DNA of 64,000 nucleotides from Octopus bimaculoides (lineage: Eukaryota), in NCBI RefSeq assembly GCF_001194135.2, contig NC_068983.1, forward strand, positions 143,545,414 to 143,609,413, given 5' to 3'. Below, in pieces: positions 26,131-41,000 of the stretch; position 1 is the stretch's first letter; every line of letters begins with the position of its first letter. The notes below the pieces were generated by a model, which worked only from the letters and a program-made list of their open reading frames with translations, did no database searches and had not been told where the DNA came from. The translations under genes were made by a program, and so were the position numbers.

Positions 26131-26449
26131 CAGAGGTTCTCAAACTTTTTTTTGGGCCACTGCCCCACTCATGGCCACATAATACTCTCAGTGCTCCCAC
26201 CCCTATTTTTATGTATCAATAAATATTATATATTTTAATAATTTATATATACTATGAATCATTTGATATTTAATATAATATATAATTTGTATACAATACT
26301 ATAATATTATGATAAATTCATAGCATCCCCCAATCCACTGCCTTCCTCCCAGTGCCTCCTTTTTCTCTACTGCCCCCTTAAGCACCAGTGCCCACCCTGA
26401 CGTATCAATACCCACTGGGGGGCAGTAGTGCCCACTTTGAGAACCTATG
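26131..26449. mobile_element. hAT (Charlie-like) MITE
   Basis: TIRs CAGAGGTTCTCAAAC / ACTTTGAGAACCTATG; 8-bp TSD GGCTATGA / GGATATGA (7/8 match). Confidence 0.8.
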
Positions 26450-26659
26450 GGATATGATGACACAAAACTTCACTTTAAAATGATTTAATAGATTCTTTCA
26501 GCGAGTGCTCTTAAGTTACACATGGCCTGGGCCAATTTTGACCAAGACATATCTGAGTTTTATACAATGCATGCATGCACGCACACATACACATGCACAT
26601 ACATATGAGAACACGACCTTCATATTTGTTAGTAGCATTTGGAGCAGTATGTACTATGA

Positions 26660-27700
26660 ATACACTGGAAATGGATGCTCTTGAACGCCAGAGTGGCTCA
26701 CTAAATGTAGTTGATAGCTTTTGTTACCTAGATGTAATTAGAAAGGGAGATTGCTGCTCTGAAAGTATAGTAGCCAGAATGAGAACAGGCTGGAGAAAGT
26801 TCAGCAAGCTACTACAGCTGTTGGCATCAAAGATCTTTTACCGTAGAGTGAAGGGCAGACTGTATGATGCTTGTGTTAGAACTGCAATACTGCATGGTAG
26901 TGAGACATGGTCCTTGATCACAGAAGACTTGAGAGAAATGAACTGGGCATGCTTCTTGAATGTGCAATGTAAGTGTGAATAATTAACAGTATAAATGTAC
27001 AGAGAGAAAATCTGAAGATAAAGGGAATCAGATGTAGTATGCAAGAAAGAAGATTGTGCTGGTATTGATGTGTAATGCATATGGATGTAGATAGCTGTTT
27101 ATAGAAGTGTTGATCTCTATATATGGCTGGAGCTTGTGGAAGAGAGAGCCCCAGGAAGACATGGGACAAAGTAGCGAAGGCTGATCATAGGATTCTAAAC
27201 CTTACAGAGCAAATGACAAAGGACTGGGTTGTCTGGCAATATGAGGCTCCCAAGAAACCTGCTCACCTCTGAAAAATTGATTTTTGGAAGCAGTGTTGCA
27301 TGTTTATGCACAAATGAGTACCTCACCCAATCTCCTTCAAACATCATCCCTCCCACCATCTCTTTCTTTGTATCCCCTTTCCCACTATTTTTCTTGCTAC
27401 CTGGAACCATCTCACCTGTTAGCTAATCGTCATTCATTAATTATTGTTCTCCTCACCCACATGTTAGTGATTCATCAATTCTCCCCCACTAAACCTCCAA
27501 ATCCTCTTCTCACATGCACTACACTTGCCTTTCTCTCTCTCCCACTCATATGGCCTACACAACCGCATCCTCTTTCTCTCTCTCTCTCTCATCCTCACTG
27601 TAAACTATCTCCCTCCCTCTCCTAAAGGTGAGTAACATGTAGCTCTTCTACAAGAACATGCTTGCCCCTCCTTTCCTCCCATACTTCATACCCTTATCAA
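26660..27700 (+). mobile_element. RTE ORF2 C-terminal fragment with pyrimidine-rich 3'-UTR variant
   Basis: ORF 26575-26982 contains VVDSFCYL...KGRLYDACVRTAILHGSETW. Confidence 0.75.
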
Positions 27701-30700
27701 TTCACTTAAATGCCGGTTTATATATATATATATCACATGTGCCGTGTGGTAAGAAGTTTGGTTTCAGGTTCACTGCTACTGCATGGCACCTTGGGCAAAT
27801 GTCTTATACTATAGCCCCAGGCTGACCAAAACCTTGCGAGTGGATTTGGTAGATAGAAACTGAAAAAAACTTATTTTATATGTTTTGTTTGTGTGTGTGT
27901 CTTTGTGTTTGTCCCCACTACTAAACAACTGGTGGTTTGTTTACATCCCCATAATTTAGTGGTTTGGCAAAAAGAAACTGATAGAATAAATACCCAGCTT
28001 TGAAAAATAAGTACTAGGGTTGATTTGTTCAACTAAACCCTTGAAGGTGGTGTCCTAGCATGGCCATAGTCCACTGACTGAGACAAGTAAAAGATATATA
28101 TATATGTTGATTCACTAGAAGTGATAAATTACAGGACTCAGTACAAGTGTAGAGTAGTCTTTAATACATTATAACTGAAAAGCTCTGATTTCCAGTACTC
28201 AGAGAACTGGAAATTGAATCCTTTCAGTTGTGATATATGTAAAGACAGTGACAGAATTATGCACAATCATATTTAACATATTCATGTACATTCAAGTATG
28301 GAAAGGCTCTATGCCACATGAACTCTTCTTATAGACATGGATATAAACACACTACTTGAATGATGTCACTGGACTGTAGGATGCATGTGTTTCTATTTCA
28401 TTATGCTTCATCAGCTACATATACCCAGCCATCATTCATGGCCACTTAGAACTTGTTCACTCTTATATTAGAAGAACAAATGGTACATTTGCTGACATAC
28501 GAAAAGATTCGTGAAACTAGAATTAATCAATTAGTGAGACATATTATAGACCTGAATAAGCAGGACTGTCTGTGATCAAATGTATCCCATCCATAGCCAT
28601 CCTGACAGTGTATCTAGGACTACATTATCCAATGTAGGATATCTATTTGAGAGAAATTTGGTTGTTGTTTCTAGCAGATTGAGCCATATCATGGCATTTA
28701 CCCCACTAGGACAATTAGCCCCCATAGGACAATTACCCCCACCACCAGTTAATTACTCCCCTCTCTAATATATTAAGAAGCTCTAAATCATCATCTGTTG
28801 TCCTCAGGGGTAATTGTTCTTGGAGGGGTTATTTGTCCATGGGAGGTAAATGTCTGACTTGATTGAGCAATCACTGAAAGGTTCCCTCATTGATTATATT
28901 GTGTTTTGTTGGTGCAAAATGCTGACTTTGAAGCCTCAAATAGGAAAAGCTTGTGCAATCAAGATTTATTACATCATCATCATTGGCAATATGAACTTGT
29001 GATTCTTGAGCTGAGAGATTCACACTTTATCCATTAGATTATTCATAATTATGTAATATTATGATGTAACTTAGTTCTTTAAAGAATCATAATTGCAGTG
29101 GTCCATGGGGTCATTTATGATTAGCTTCTGTTTCTTTAGTTGTTTAGTTTTGTATATGTCTATAATCAAAGACATCCCAGCCTGCCTTTTGTACATCTGT
29201 GACTATATTATTCTATATGTTTATGTAGATCAGGCAACCAGCTATAAACTCCATCATTGGTTGAAATTTCTGTAGTATTTGGCAGATGAAAAGGAGCTGA
29301 TGACTCCTGAAAAGGAACTGATAACTATTATTCCATACAAGTAAATGAATTGAAACAATGTAAAATAAAATTCCCTGTACATTGTAGAATATAATATCCT
29401 ATTCAGAAATGTGAGACAAAGAAAGCATCCTCAGTGGCTTAGACACTTCCATTTCTTACTTTATCAACCTGGTCAATTTGCTTCTGTTTCTAATTGGATC
29501 TGGTTTTCTGTTATAATTCCATTGCATCCAGAAAATATTATAGGATTGTAAATCAACCCTAATACTTGATTATTACACTACTTATTTCACTGACCCTAGA
29601 AGCATGGTATGAGCCAATATGGGTCACAGCACAGGAGTGGGTATCCTTTTATTCAGAGAAGCTTAAAACTTGAAGTTTTTAAATTTTTTTTTAATCCAAT
29701 AGAGTTCTTTTAATATTATTGAGCTCTCTTTTGATTTATTGGGCCCTTTTAGATTTAAAAAAGCCATTAAATTTAACTGAGTCCCTCTGAATCTATCAAA
29801 GCTTTTTTAAATTTTGTGGCCTCTTCAAACTGTTTGGGATCCCTAGATTTAATGTGGCCCTCTGTATTATCTTACATTTTGAATTAGTAAAATTTTAAGG
29901 GACCCCAAAACCTGTTTGCACAAAGGCCATACTAGGTTTAAATCCATCTCCACCTAGAAGGATAAAAGGCAAAGTAGATCTTGGTAGGATTCATAAATAT
30001 CTGGAAAAAAAAAAAGGAAAAAAAAAACTAATAACTTGTGCAGTACTGATGTTTTATTAAACAAACAACCACAAGGAAAATATGGATAAAAGATCCAATT
30101 TAAACAAAAATATAAATTTTTCCCTTTAATGAGCTGGCTTTTCAAATATACTTTTTGTTAAAGTTTTGTGTAATTCATTGATGAGAAATCATGATGAATC
30201 TAAATTCAATTTAAAGAGGAGTTGAATAAGTGTATGCATTCAGATAATAATTATCTTAATAGAATAATTCTGTGTGCAAAATGACTTTTGTCCTGTGGAC
30301 GTATCACAATTATGTTGATATTGTTTGCGATAAGACAAGGAGGGTTGTTTTAAGTCAACAATATGAAAAAAAAAAAAATGCAAAAGAAAATTGATAAGTT
30401 AAATATCCAAATGTCTAACATTAGTTGTCATAAGATTTTGATTTTCTGAACTATTAACCTTATTTTTACCGTGCATATTTATAATATTTATATCTACATT
30501 ATGTTGCCATAGGATTGATCTCAGATTATCATCAAATATCTTATTCCTAGATATGAAAAATCTTTGAACCTAAATTAATGGTAGCAACCTATTTATCCAT
30601 TAGTACAGTGGTAATTACTGTTCTCAGTTTAAAATAAATGAGACACCTGATGATAACTGAAGATCACACAAATGTAAACGAACTCTAGGTACATTGCAAT

Positions 30701-30708
30701 TTTATATA

Positions 30709-31929
30709 TACACAGACATGCAGAAAGTAAATAGACACCATTAATTTTCAAAATCTTTTATTTGATTTGCAAAGTGAACAATTGAAATGTAATCAATAGG
30801 TAGGACTACATACTTTAGTATTTAGTTGACATGCCCTTTGCAGTTTTTAATTCAGAAACTCTTTTTGGTATTGAACTGATGAGCTTTGTGATTGTCTCTT
30901 GTGGAATTTCTGCCCACTTTTCACGCAACAATCGAAACAATTCACTTTTAGATTTAAGTTTCATATTTCTTTATTGCCCACAAGGGGCTAAACATAGAGG
31001 GAACAAACATGGACAGACAAAGGCATTAAGTCGATTACATCGACTCCAGTGCATAACTGATACTCTATTTATTGACCCTGAAAGGATGAAAGGCAAAGTC
31101 GACCTCGGCGGAATTTGAACTCAGAACGTAACAGCAGACGAAATAACAGTGAGCATTTCGCCCAGTGTGCTAATGTTTCTGCCAGCTCGCCGCCTTTAGA
31201 TTTGGGTTTCTGTCGAGTTTTTCGTATAGCTCTATCTAGTATTCTCCAAAGATTTGATTTTCAATTGGGTTCATGTCAGGAGATTGGCTCGGCCAAGGAA
31301 GCTTTTTGATCTCATTTTCAGTCAGTCATTGTTGATTCCTTTTCGGTGTGTGGCATGGAGCCCCATCTTCCATGAATAAAATACTAATTTTTCGTTATGT
31401 TATCGTGTGAATACATCGAAAGTAGTCCTTGCTTAAGTATTTCGATGTATTTTTCAGAATTTATGGCTCTAACGCATTTGATCAGCTCAGAACAGCTCCC
31501 CCAACCATTACAGAGATACCACCATGTTTCACAGTTGGTTGGAGTCATTTCAAATCAAATTCTTGATTGGGAAGCCTCCAGACCCAAATAAATCTACTCT
31601 CTGAAAATAATGCAAATCTGGATTCATCTGAGAAAATCACTCTATCTCAAAATGAACTAGATTTTTCTGACATCTCCTTAGCCTATTTCTTTCTTTCCAT
31701 GATATTAATTGGTTGAAGGAGAAGTTTTCTTCTAGCTGCTCATCCATAATACCCAATACATATATATATATAATATACATATATACTGTACATATATATA
31801 TAATATACTTATATATATATAATGTTTTGTTCACATGCCACCGACACAAGTGCTGGTAACGATCATGCTCAAATGGTGTTTTTTACATGCCACCAGCACA
31901 GAAGCCAGACCGCTGCTCTGGCAGTGTAT

Positions 31930-31973
<44 letters not shown>

Positions 31974-32119
31974 TGTTGTGTCTGGGCCAAGTCATTCTCT
32001 TTTAGTGCCTTATAATTTAACACACTCAACGGTAAAATTTCCACTCATTTACTTATTTATTTCTCTAAAATTTTCGTCACATCTTGCAACCTTTTCAATA
32101 GTTGTTGACTCCAGAAGAC

Positions 32120-32166
<47 letters not shown>

Positions 32167-32640
32167 CATTATCATCATTTAATGTCCGCTTTTCCATGCT
32201 TGCATGAATCAAATGGAATTTGTTGAGGCAAATTTTCTATAAACAAATGCTCTTCCTGTTGCCAAACCTCACCTGTTTATATAAATTTGTTATACATCCC
32301 ATGTTTGAACAGATGGGCAAGCCTTCTCCTGCACTACCTGTCACCATTTGTTGCAAACTTTTGCCATCTCCTTTGTGGGTTCAGCATCTTCAGAATTTTA
32401 TTCATCCCTTTGTCCTTTTTTTCCCTAGGTCGCTTGGTTTGGAAGCACTTGGCACTTCTTTTATGAAAGTTGTCATCCACCGTACTGCATTACATGCCTG
32501 CATCAGCCTATAATCTGGCACGCTCCATCTGATTTCTCTTATATTAGTTATTGATTGAATGAATATGTTTGGATAATTTTAGTTTTGATGAGAGACGAGG
32601 TTACTGTTGGGATTTTGCCAGACTATTTGATAGGTAACTA
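30709..32640 (-). mobile_element. Tc1-family transposase fossil interrupted by a SINE, microsatellites and RTE-tail fragments
   Basis: VIFSDESRF, QPTVKHGG, a degenerate WP.QSPDMNPIENLW block, and SELFRLLREKWAEIPQETITKLISSIPKRV...KG. TA plus a TIR-like start at ~30709. Confidence 0.75.
30957..31196 (-). mobile_element. Same SINE family (Tx1-like tail), inserted in the Tc1 fossil
   Basis: Full head-core-tail with flanking direct repeat TTTAGATTT at 30947 and 31195. Confidence 0.8.
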
Positions 32641-34273
32641 TGACCAGGTGGTTAAAGTGATGATATGATTGTGTTGTTGTTTAGCTCCAAGCCAGCCATG
32701 ATTGAGCAGGTCTATGATCAAAGTGTTCCAGCCATGACCATCACATCTTTTTTTAATGAAGAGAAATTTGACTGGCATTTCTAACAGGTTAAGTGATTGT
32801 GTAAAGGCTCTATCACTGGCTTCTATGAGTGTGTGTATGTGTGTGTGTGTGTGTGTGCGTGTGTGCGCATGCATGTGTGTGTTCGTAGGTGTGTGCGTGT
32901 GTGTTCGTATGTGTGTGTGTGTGTGTGTGATGTACAAGAGAGAATGTGTTTATATGCTCCGTATAATACTGCAATAAATAATCAATTACTTTACTTTCTA
33001 TGATCAAAGGTATATATATATCAATGTTTGATCAGCCCTATTGATTTCAGAGAATGAGAGAGGGCAATGGTATTTCTGATGACCATGCCATTCTCAAGAA
33101 CATTAGCAAGCAAGATAGTAGTGTCTGAGAATTGGATCTGAGAGTTTGCCACCTATGATACAGGATTCGCCTATGTGTGTGTAGGTACAAGGGTCTGTAT
33201 GTGTACAATTACATAGACATTAATTCTGTTTATAGGTCATAACGTAGATTTTTATCTTTCATCTGTACAAACTGTGATAGTTGTTGTGATTTACACATTG
33301 CATACTTCAGTCATAGCAAAAGCTGTTTTTAATAATTATATCCATCAGAATAAGTCTATAGTCCTACAAGCATACTTTCAAGTTCATTTTCATTTCATGG
33401 GTTGAGGATTCAATATTAATGTACAGTACCTTGTGTGAGTGTTTCTTACCAAGATCTTAGGTCAACCAGAGCCTTGTAGTTGAAATTTGCTAAGGAGAAG
33501 TGAGGATGGGGTGACATTCCTGTTCTTGAATAGTAAAGTTAATCTGTCATCCAGTTTCACGCAGGTGGCATGTAAAACACACCATTTCGAGCGTGGCTGT
33601 TGCCAGTACCCGCCTGACTGGCCCTCGTGCCGGTGGCACATAAAAGCACCCACTACACTCTTGGAGTGGTTGGCGTTAGGAAGGGCATCCAGCTGTAGAA
33701 ATTCTGCCAAATCAGATTGGGGCCTGGTGTCGCCTCTTGATCCACCAATCCTCAGTCAAATCGTCCAACCCATGCTAGCATGGAAAGCGGACGTTAAACG
33801 ACGAACGACCTGCCCTTGGGTGTCTTTAAAACATTCAGTCAGATCCCTATTCAACTTTTTCCCTTCGTCCCATCAGTTTCAGAGGTCTTGTAGAGTATCA
33901 TGTGTACTGCACTTCCACTCGTAACTAAATCATTAAAGAAAATGTATCTTATAATATAGATCACATATTCAGCTATTTCCTTAACACTAAGTATATTTAA
34001 TAATTCAAAAAGGCCATTTACAATGAAAAACTATAAATAAGTTAATGTTAACATATTTAACGTATGGAGCATTGAAAAGCGAACCAGAAATGAATGTGGT
34101 GAGAAAAAATTATGTGCTAATAACTTTACTGATGATGAAATCAATATAGAACCAACAGACTTTTCTGGATTTGCCAGGAAAAATGAAAATGATATTAGTC
34201 ATTGACTAATATCATTATTTTTTCACACGGTATTTGTTTGTAGTTAAACCATGCTTTAGCATTAACTACCTTT

Positions 34274-34312
<39 letters not shown>

Positions 34313-34509
34313 TAGATATAGATAGAAAGATAGATATATATACACATACATACATACATACATACATACATAAAAGATAACCCCTGAGGACAAAGAAATA
34401 AAAAAAAAAACCACAGTATTGTAGAACCCATGGCCACTCATAATGAAAAGGAGTACTGGTGGAATATTCCAGTGAAGACCTCAAAAAAATATAAGCACAA
34501 GTGCCAGTA

Positions 34510-35960
34510 AGGTGAAGCTGGTAATGATCACGCTCAAATGGTGCTTTTTACATGCCACTGGCACGGAAGCCAGACAGCTGCTCTGGCAATGATCACACTC
34601 GGACAGTGCTCTTAGCGCTCCACTGGTACAGGTGCCATCACGATTTCGATTTCACTTGCCCCAACAAGTCTTCGCAAGCCGAGTTTAGTGTCCAATGAAG
34701 GAGGGGTTGGCATGGGTGCCAGTCGTAGAATTTGGTTCAATTTCAATTTTACTTGCCTCAACAGGTTTTCGCAAGCAGAGTTTAGTGTCCAGTGAAGGAA
34801 AGATACGCATAAGTGGGTTGGCTACACCCTTGGCAGAGGCCTCAGATTATGGTCTCACTTGGCTTGCCGGGTCTTCTCATGCACAGTATATTTCCAAAAG
34901 TCTCGGTCATGAGACATTGCCTCGGTGAGGCCTAATGTTCAAAGGTCGTGCTTCACCACCTCATCCCAGATCTTCCTGGGTCTACATCTTCCACAGGTTC
35001 CCTCAATCGCTAGGGTGTGGCACTTTTTCACACATGTATCCTCATCCATTCTCGCCACATGACCATGCCAGCGCACTCGTCTCTCTTGCACACCACAACT
35101 GATGCTTCTTAGGTTCAACTTTTCTCTCAAGATACTTACACTCTGTCGACTATGCACACTGACATTATACATCCATCGAAGCATACTGGCTTCATTCCTT
35201 GGGAGCTTACGCATGTCCTCAGCAATCACGGCCCATGTTTCACTGCCATTTAGCATGGCTGTTCGTACACATGCATCATACAGTCTACCTTTTACTCTGA
35301 GCAAGAGGTAAGAGCTCTCTGAACTTTTGCCCAGGCTATTCTTATTCTAGCAGCTACACTTTCAGTGCACCCTCCCCTGCTACTAACTTGGTGACCTAGA
35401 TAGCGGAAGCTATCAACTACGTCTAGTTTTTCTCCCTGGAATGTGGCAGAAGTTGTTTTCTGCACATTTTCAGTGTTAATTGCTCCTGAACATCTGTCAC
35501 ATACAAAAACTAACTTCATAGATAGCCTTCCTTTAATATTGCTGCACCTCTTATGTGTCCATAGCTTACACTGGGTACATTTTATAGAGTTTCTACCTAC
35601 GCCTTTTCTACAGATCAAGCAGGGCCATCTACCTGAAAGGGTTTGTGTTTTGTCTACCTTCCTACTTATTAGGACTTTGGTTTTAGCTAGGTTGACTCTA
35701 AGGCCCTTCGATTCTAGTCCTTGCCTCTACACCCGAAACTTCTCCTCTAGTTCTGATAGTGACTCAGCAATTAGTGCAAAGTCATCAGCATAGAGGAGCT
35801 CCCAGGAGCATCCTGTCTTGAATTCTTGTGTTATTACCTGGAGGACTATGATAAATAGGAGGGGGTGAGGACTGAACCTTGGTGGATCCCTACTTCTACC
35901 CGGAATTCTTCACTGTACTCATTGCCAACTCTCACCTTACTGACAGTGTCTTTATTTGGG
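34510..35960 (-). mobile_element. RTE LINE 3' half (RT catalytic core to 3' UTR)
   Basis: ELLYADDFALIAES (YADD at 35781-35792), GLRVNLAKTKVL, PHD-like finger, RVKGRLYDACVRTAMLNGSETW and GR.RPRKIWDEVVKHDL. Confidence 0.9.
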
Positions 35961-37084
35961 ACTGTTTGAGGTAACTGTACAGTAATAATGCTTTTGAATG
36001 CAGTTCTTGTTTTATATTCCACAAATCAAGGAAAAAGTTATTCTGTCTTATGTATTTTTTAATGTCTTCCACATTCTAACTTACTGATCACCCTTACTTA
36101 AAAGTCGTTTTCCAGTTCCTGTGGTATTCTGCTATGGTTATTTAGGTCTTCTGATAGACTGTAGAGGCTCTCTTATTTTGTGTTTGCTGACACATTCTAG
36201 GTAAATGAGAGTCTATGGCCAACTAACCAGATTTTATGATATTCTGTTGCTTTACAATCCTGTGCCATGCTTACCATTTATTTATGAGACATTGTAAATT
36301 TTGGAAATATTTCTTAATACTTAACTATTCTAATTTTCACGCATATCATACCATGTGTTGGTATAGCATAGTTTCTTCTTCAGTCTTGTGGTCTAATAAT
36401 TTTGATATACTACAATATGTTAAAAGATTTTTCACAGGAAACTTAGTCATAGGAGTAAACATTTTAAAAACAGGCTATAACAAAATAAAAATAAACAAGA
36501 AATTCTATATTAGTCTCCTATATTTTATTGGCCCTCACTAAAATTTATTTGACTGTTGTAGATCATGAAAGCATAAAGTCATTAGTCAGCAGTTATTAAG
36601 TCTGTTAACTATTTCAAAGAATTACAGTATGCTTCACTGATTTAATATAGTACAGCAAAAATAAAATCTCGACTCTTTAACCAACTGATTTTATCAAGTT
36701 TTCAATCTTAAATTAATCATCTGAGGCTCCATCATCTAGTGTTGGGCAAATTTCACTTTTGTAAGTTGACAAATACCAGAGAAGTCATTGAAATAGTTTA
36801 AATATTTTTCTGATGTATAAACATCAAAAAATCTCCAATTTGCTTAAATAATCGTTTTAATGGCAATGATGACATTTTGGAAGAAACTGTTTGATGGGTT
36901 TGTGAAGTGTAACATCTTTGATCTTGCAAAAATAATCTTGCCATAAAAAGGTCTTTTGTTTTATTACTGATTTTTATATTGTAGTGTAACTATGAAATTG
37001 CAGGATTATTGAATGAGTGTCATGTATTTAATTAATAGTATGCTGCAATAGCAGAATACATATATATATGTACATGGTGCAGCA

Positions 37085-38975
37085 GCATTATAGTCAACTC
37101 CTACAAAGAGAAAGGTGATATCTCAGACAGAAATAATTAGAGCTATCAAATTGCTGGACCAGGTCATGAAAGTTACAGAAAGGGCGATAGCTCAACTAAT
37201 TAAGAAGAAAGTTAACCTAGATGAGATGCAGTTTGGTTTTGTGTCAGGGAAAAGCACTACTGATGTTATCTCCCTTGTAAGGCAACTGCAGGAGAAGCAC
37301 TTAGCAAAAAAGTAAAAACTGTTATAGTTGGCATTTGGAGAAAGCTTTTGACAAGGTACCTCACTCATCTGGTAGTCCAAGCCATGTACAGGGATGCTGT
37401 CAGTAAGGTGAAAGTTGGCATTGAGTACTGTGACAAATTTAGTGTGCAGGTATGAGTTCATGAAGGATCGATTCTTAGCCTCCTCTTGTTAATCATAGTC
37501 CTACAGGCCATAAGTGAAGAATTTAAAACTGGTTTCCTTTGAGAGCTCTTCTTATAGCTGAATTTCTATTTGAGAAGAAATCTCAGGTGTAGAAGCAAGG
37601 GCTGGAATCTAAGGGCCTTAACGTTAATTTAGCAAAGATCAAATTACTAGTAAGCAGGAAAAGAAAACAGACAAATTATTAATCCCTTCATGGAAATGGT
37701 TCTGTTCAACATGTAGAAAACGTGTAGGTAAAAATTCTATTTGGTGTATCCAGTGCAAGCTATGGATGCATAAAAGGTGCAGTGGAATCACAGGAAGATT
37801 AACAAAAAAAAAACTAATCTTTGTGTATGGTAGATTTACAGGAAATAGATTTCCTCAAATGTGCAAAGGAATTCTTAGAGGTAGTAGATAGTTTTCATTA
37901 CATTGGTCACCAAATTAGCAATGACGGAGATAGTGCTAAAAGCATAGTTGCTTGAATAAGAACTAGCTGGGCAAACTCCAGAGAGCTGTTACCTTATTTG
38001 GTAACAAAAGGCTTCTCCTTCAGAGTGAAAGGCTGACTCTATGATGCCTGTGCATAGACAGCTATGATTCACAGCAGCACAACATGAGCTGTGTCTGCTG
38101 AGGACATGCAAAGGCTTGATGGAAATAAAGCCAGCATGCTCTGCTGCATGTGCTGTGCTAGTGTGCATGTACAACAAAGTGCAAATGTTTTAAGAAAGAA
38201 ATTGGACATAAGAGGCATCAGTTGTAGTGTGCAAGAGAGAAGACTGCACTGGTTTGGTCATGAATGTGTATGGATGAGGACACTGCACAAGGAAGTGCCA
38301 ATCTCTAAATGTGGAGGGGACCTGTGGAAGAGGAGGACCCAGGAAGAGGTAGGATAAATGAAAGATCATTGAGCCTCACAGTGGAAATGAAGGACCAAGG
38401 CAACTGGCAATATGCTGTGTTTGAGAAAACCCACCTGGCAAAGTAAAATCCATGTCCATGACCCCCTCATATGTCCACCTACCTACATGCATGCAGTATG
38501 CCTTGTTAAATTCCTTCTCCACCTCTAGCTCCTACTCTCATTTTGAAATCTTGTGAACTCACCTAACTACCCACCATCTCAAATCCCTTGTCCACTCCAC
38601 TATATACACCACCCTGTAACTTGACTGTATGGTCCCTATCTCCTCTCTGTCACATCTTTACCATCTTTCTCTCCTCTCTCTTTTTTTCCATTTGAGGAAG
38701 CCATGTCTCTCTCCTAATGCAAAACACCTTTTAATACTACAGCCCACATTTGAAGAGTCTTGTCCTGCAAGTTACTTGATAACCTCACTGTTGCCTGTGT
38801 CATGTAAAAAGCACCTGTTACCGTCTTTAAAGTGGTTGGCATTAGGAAGGACATCTAGCCATACAAACCATGCCTAAACAGACTGCAGGGCTTGATGTAG
38901 TCTTCTGACTTGCCTGTTCCTATCAAACTGTCCAACTGACATGGGAAATAGACGTTAAATAATGATGATGATGAT
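37085..38975 (+). mobile_element. Degenerate RTE LINE (RT to 3' tail)
   Basis: IKLLDQVMKVTERAIAQLI...MQFGFVSGKSTTDVISLVRQLQEKH, later RTE C-terminal motifs, pyrimidine-rich UTR and (GAT)n tail. Confidence 0.85.
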
Positions 38976-39964
38976 ATATACATAATTTAAAACTATGTCA
39001 GTAGTATGACCTAAATACACTCTTGCTATATATATGTGCTTTCAAGTATGTAGCAGACTATATTCTGATTAACCACTGTGTGTACAAGTGTGTGTGTGTA
39101 TAAGTTGCACACTATGAATATATCCTCCTGATTTATATGTTTATAAGTACGTGTGTAGCATGTACTTGATACAGTAATAGTATTGGACAAATATTAAGTG
39201 ATAAATACTGATTAATTAAATAAATGCCGTACATCTAATTGGCATTGTACTACAATTATAAATGATACAGAATATACATATCAAATAGGGGCAGTTTTAC
39301 AATGTATCACATTGTATCTTGCTTTTAAAACTTAGGTAATTAATATGTAGATGTTTAATGATATAAGTAAATAAAAGCTGATCTTTTGAGTTGTATGTCC
39401 ATCAGTCAGCTAACAGTGTGTCAATGTTTACATAAAGTATGCAGTGTTTATGAAAGAACTAAGCAGATATTGCTGCCTAAAAGATATAATATAAATTTTT
39501 AATATATGATGGTAGTAAGGAAATAGTTGAAAATTGAAGAGAGAAAAAACAGTTGAGATAGAAGCATTTGTAGGAAACTGGTCTAGCTGTGACTGTTGCT
39601 AGGTTAGAAATGGCAGTTAAACAAATTAGAGTACATTATTTTAAAGACCTGTGACTGTAGCAGGAAGTTGTCAAGAATTTATATTTGTTAAGGACTATAA
39701 AGCAGAACAAAATAATTTATGCCAACAGAGAAAAATATAACTTTGATGAATCTAATAACAGTAATAATAATTTCTAACATCGGTATTGATTACATATCTG
39801 GAAGGGAATATAATCCATTACATCAACCCCCAGTGCTTGCCTTATACATGCTTTACTGATCACAGAGGGACAAAAGTCAAAACTGACTTTAGTGGGATTT
39901 GAACTCAACATATATTATCATAACTAAAGAAAGCAAAGCATTTGATCTTTTTAATGTAATTATA

Positions 39965-41000
39965 ATAATAACAGAGAAATATTAGCTTTTTAGTGATCTC
40001 ATGCGTGTGGATGGTCTTAAGTTGCACGTAAAATATGAGTAGAGGCGGTGAGACATTCTGAAAATGGTAAAAATGTACATCAGAATAGAATTAGAGCTTG
40101 ACAATTGTGTCAAAATGAATTAGAGCTTGACAACTGTGTCAAAAGGATATTCAAAACAGTTAAGCTGGTTGAGTTTAGAAAAAGTTATAATGAGGAACAA
40201 GACTACCATAAAAATCATTGATCAGAATAAGGTGTATAAATATTTTGCCATTCATCAATTTAATGAGATCCAGCACAGCAAGATAACTGAGATCATTACA
40301 TAAGAATACTATTGCACAAATACATGTAGTCCATAAGCCAGAGCTGGCTTATTAAGATAAGATTATTACAATGATTATTTCAATTACAACACTAATGTAC
40401 AGACCTGGTAACACTGGCACTTTAAAAACCCCAACTGTTTCTTTCTTGCTACTCTTTCTACAATGAAGTAGATCTGTTACTGGACTACAAGTTCATAGGT
40501 CTGGAGTTCAAATCCATTGCACATGTACTGATATATATTTGGGTAGCTAAAATAATTTAATATGTCTCAGTTTGCACAGTGATAGAAATTGGGTTCTAGA
40601 ACATCCAAGAATATTATTTATAATAGATTGGTGTGTTATCTAAAGGTGGGGAACCATGTCCTATCTGTCTCATGAAACCAGAAATCAGAACTATGTGTTG
40701 ACACTTAAAAGTCACTAAATAGCTGAGATAACAGTTTAATTTTGTCATATATTTTAGTTCCATAATATATATGTAGAAACTGCTTGCAGTCCTGAAAAAG
40801 AGATACACTATTAATCCAATAAATCCATAAGTGAGAAAGTTAGTACATGGGAAAATTATGATGTGAGCAATAATCCAGAAAAAGTAGTTGTGAACAAAAC
40901 AGACTAGATATGATGGCATCATGTACTGTAGTTTTCTGAAAGTTAATCGCTCTAGATAAAACTTGACTGTTGCAAGTGTCTTTAAAAAACATTTCTTTTC
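39965..41000 (+). mobile_element. Highly degenerate RLE-type LINE fragment containing RT core
   Basis: GATCTCATGCGTGTGGATGGTCTTAAGTTGCACGTAAAA reads DLMRVDGLKLHVK, resembling HLLYMDDLKLYAK. It starts after TAATAATAA. Confidence 0.5.

Noticed and set aside
29286-29340. Possible exon (DEKELMTPEKELITIIPY)
   Set aside because: Weak pyrimidine tract, and its phase-2 end does not fit the phase-1 start of the 58568 exon.
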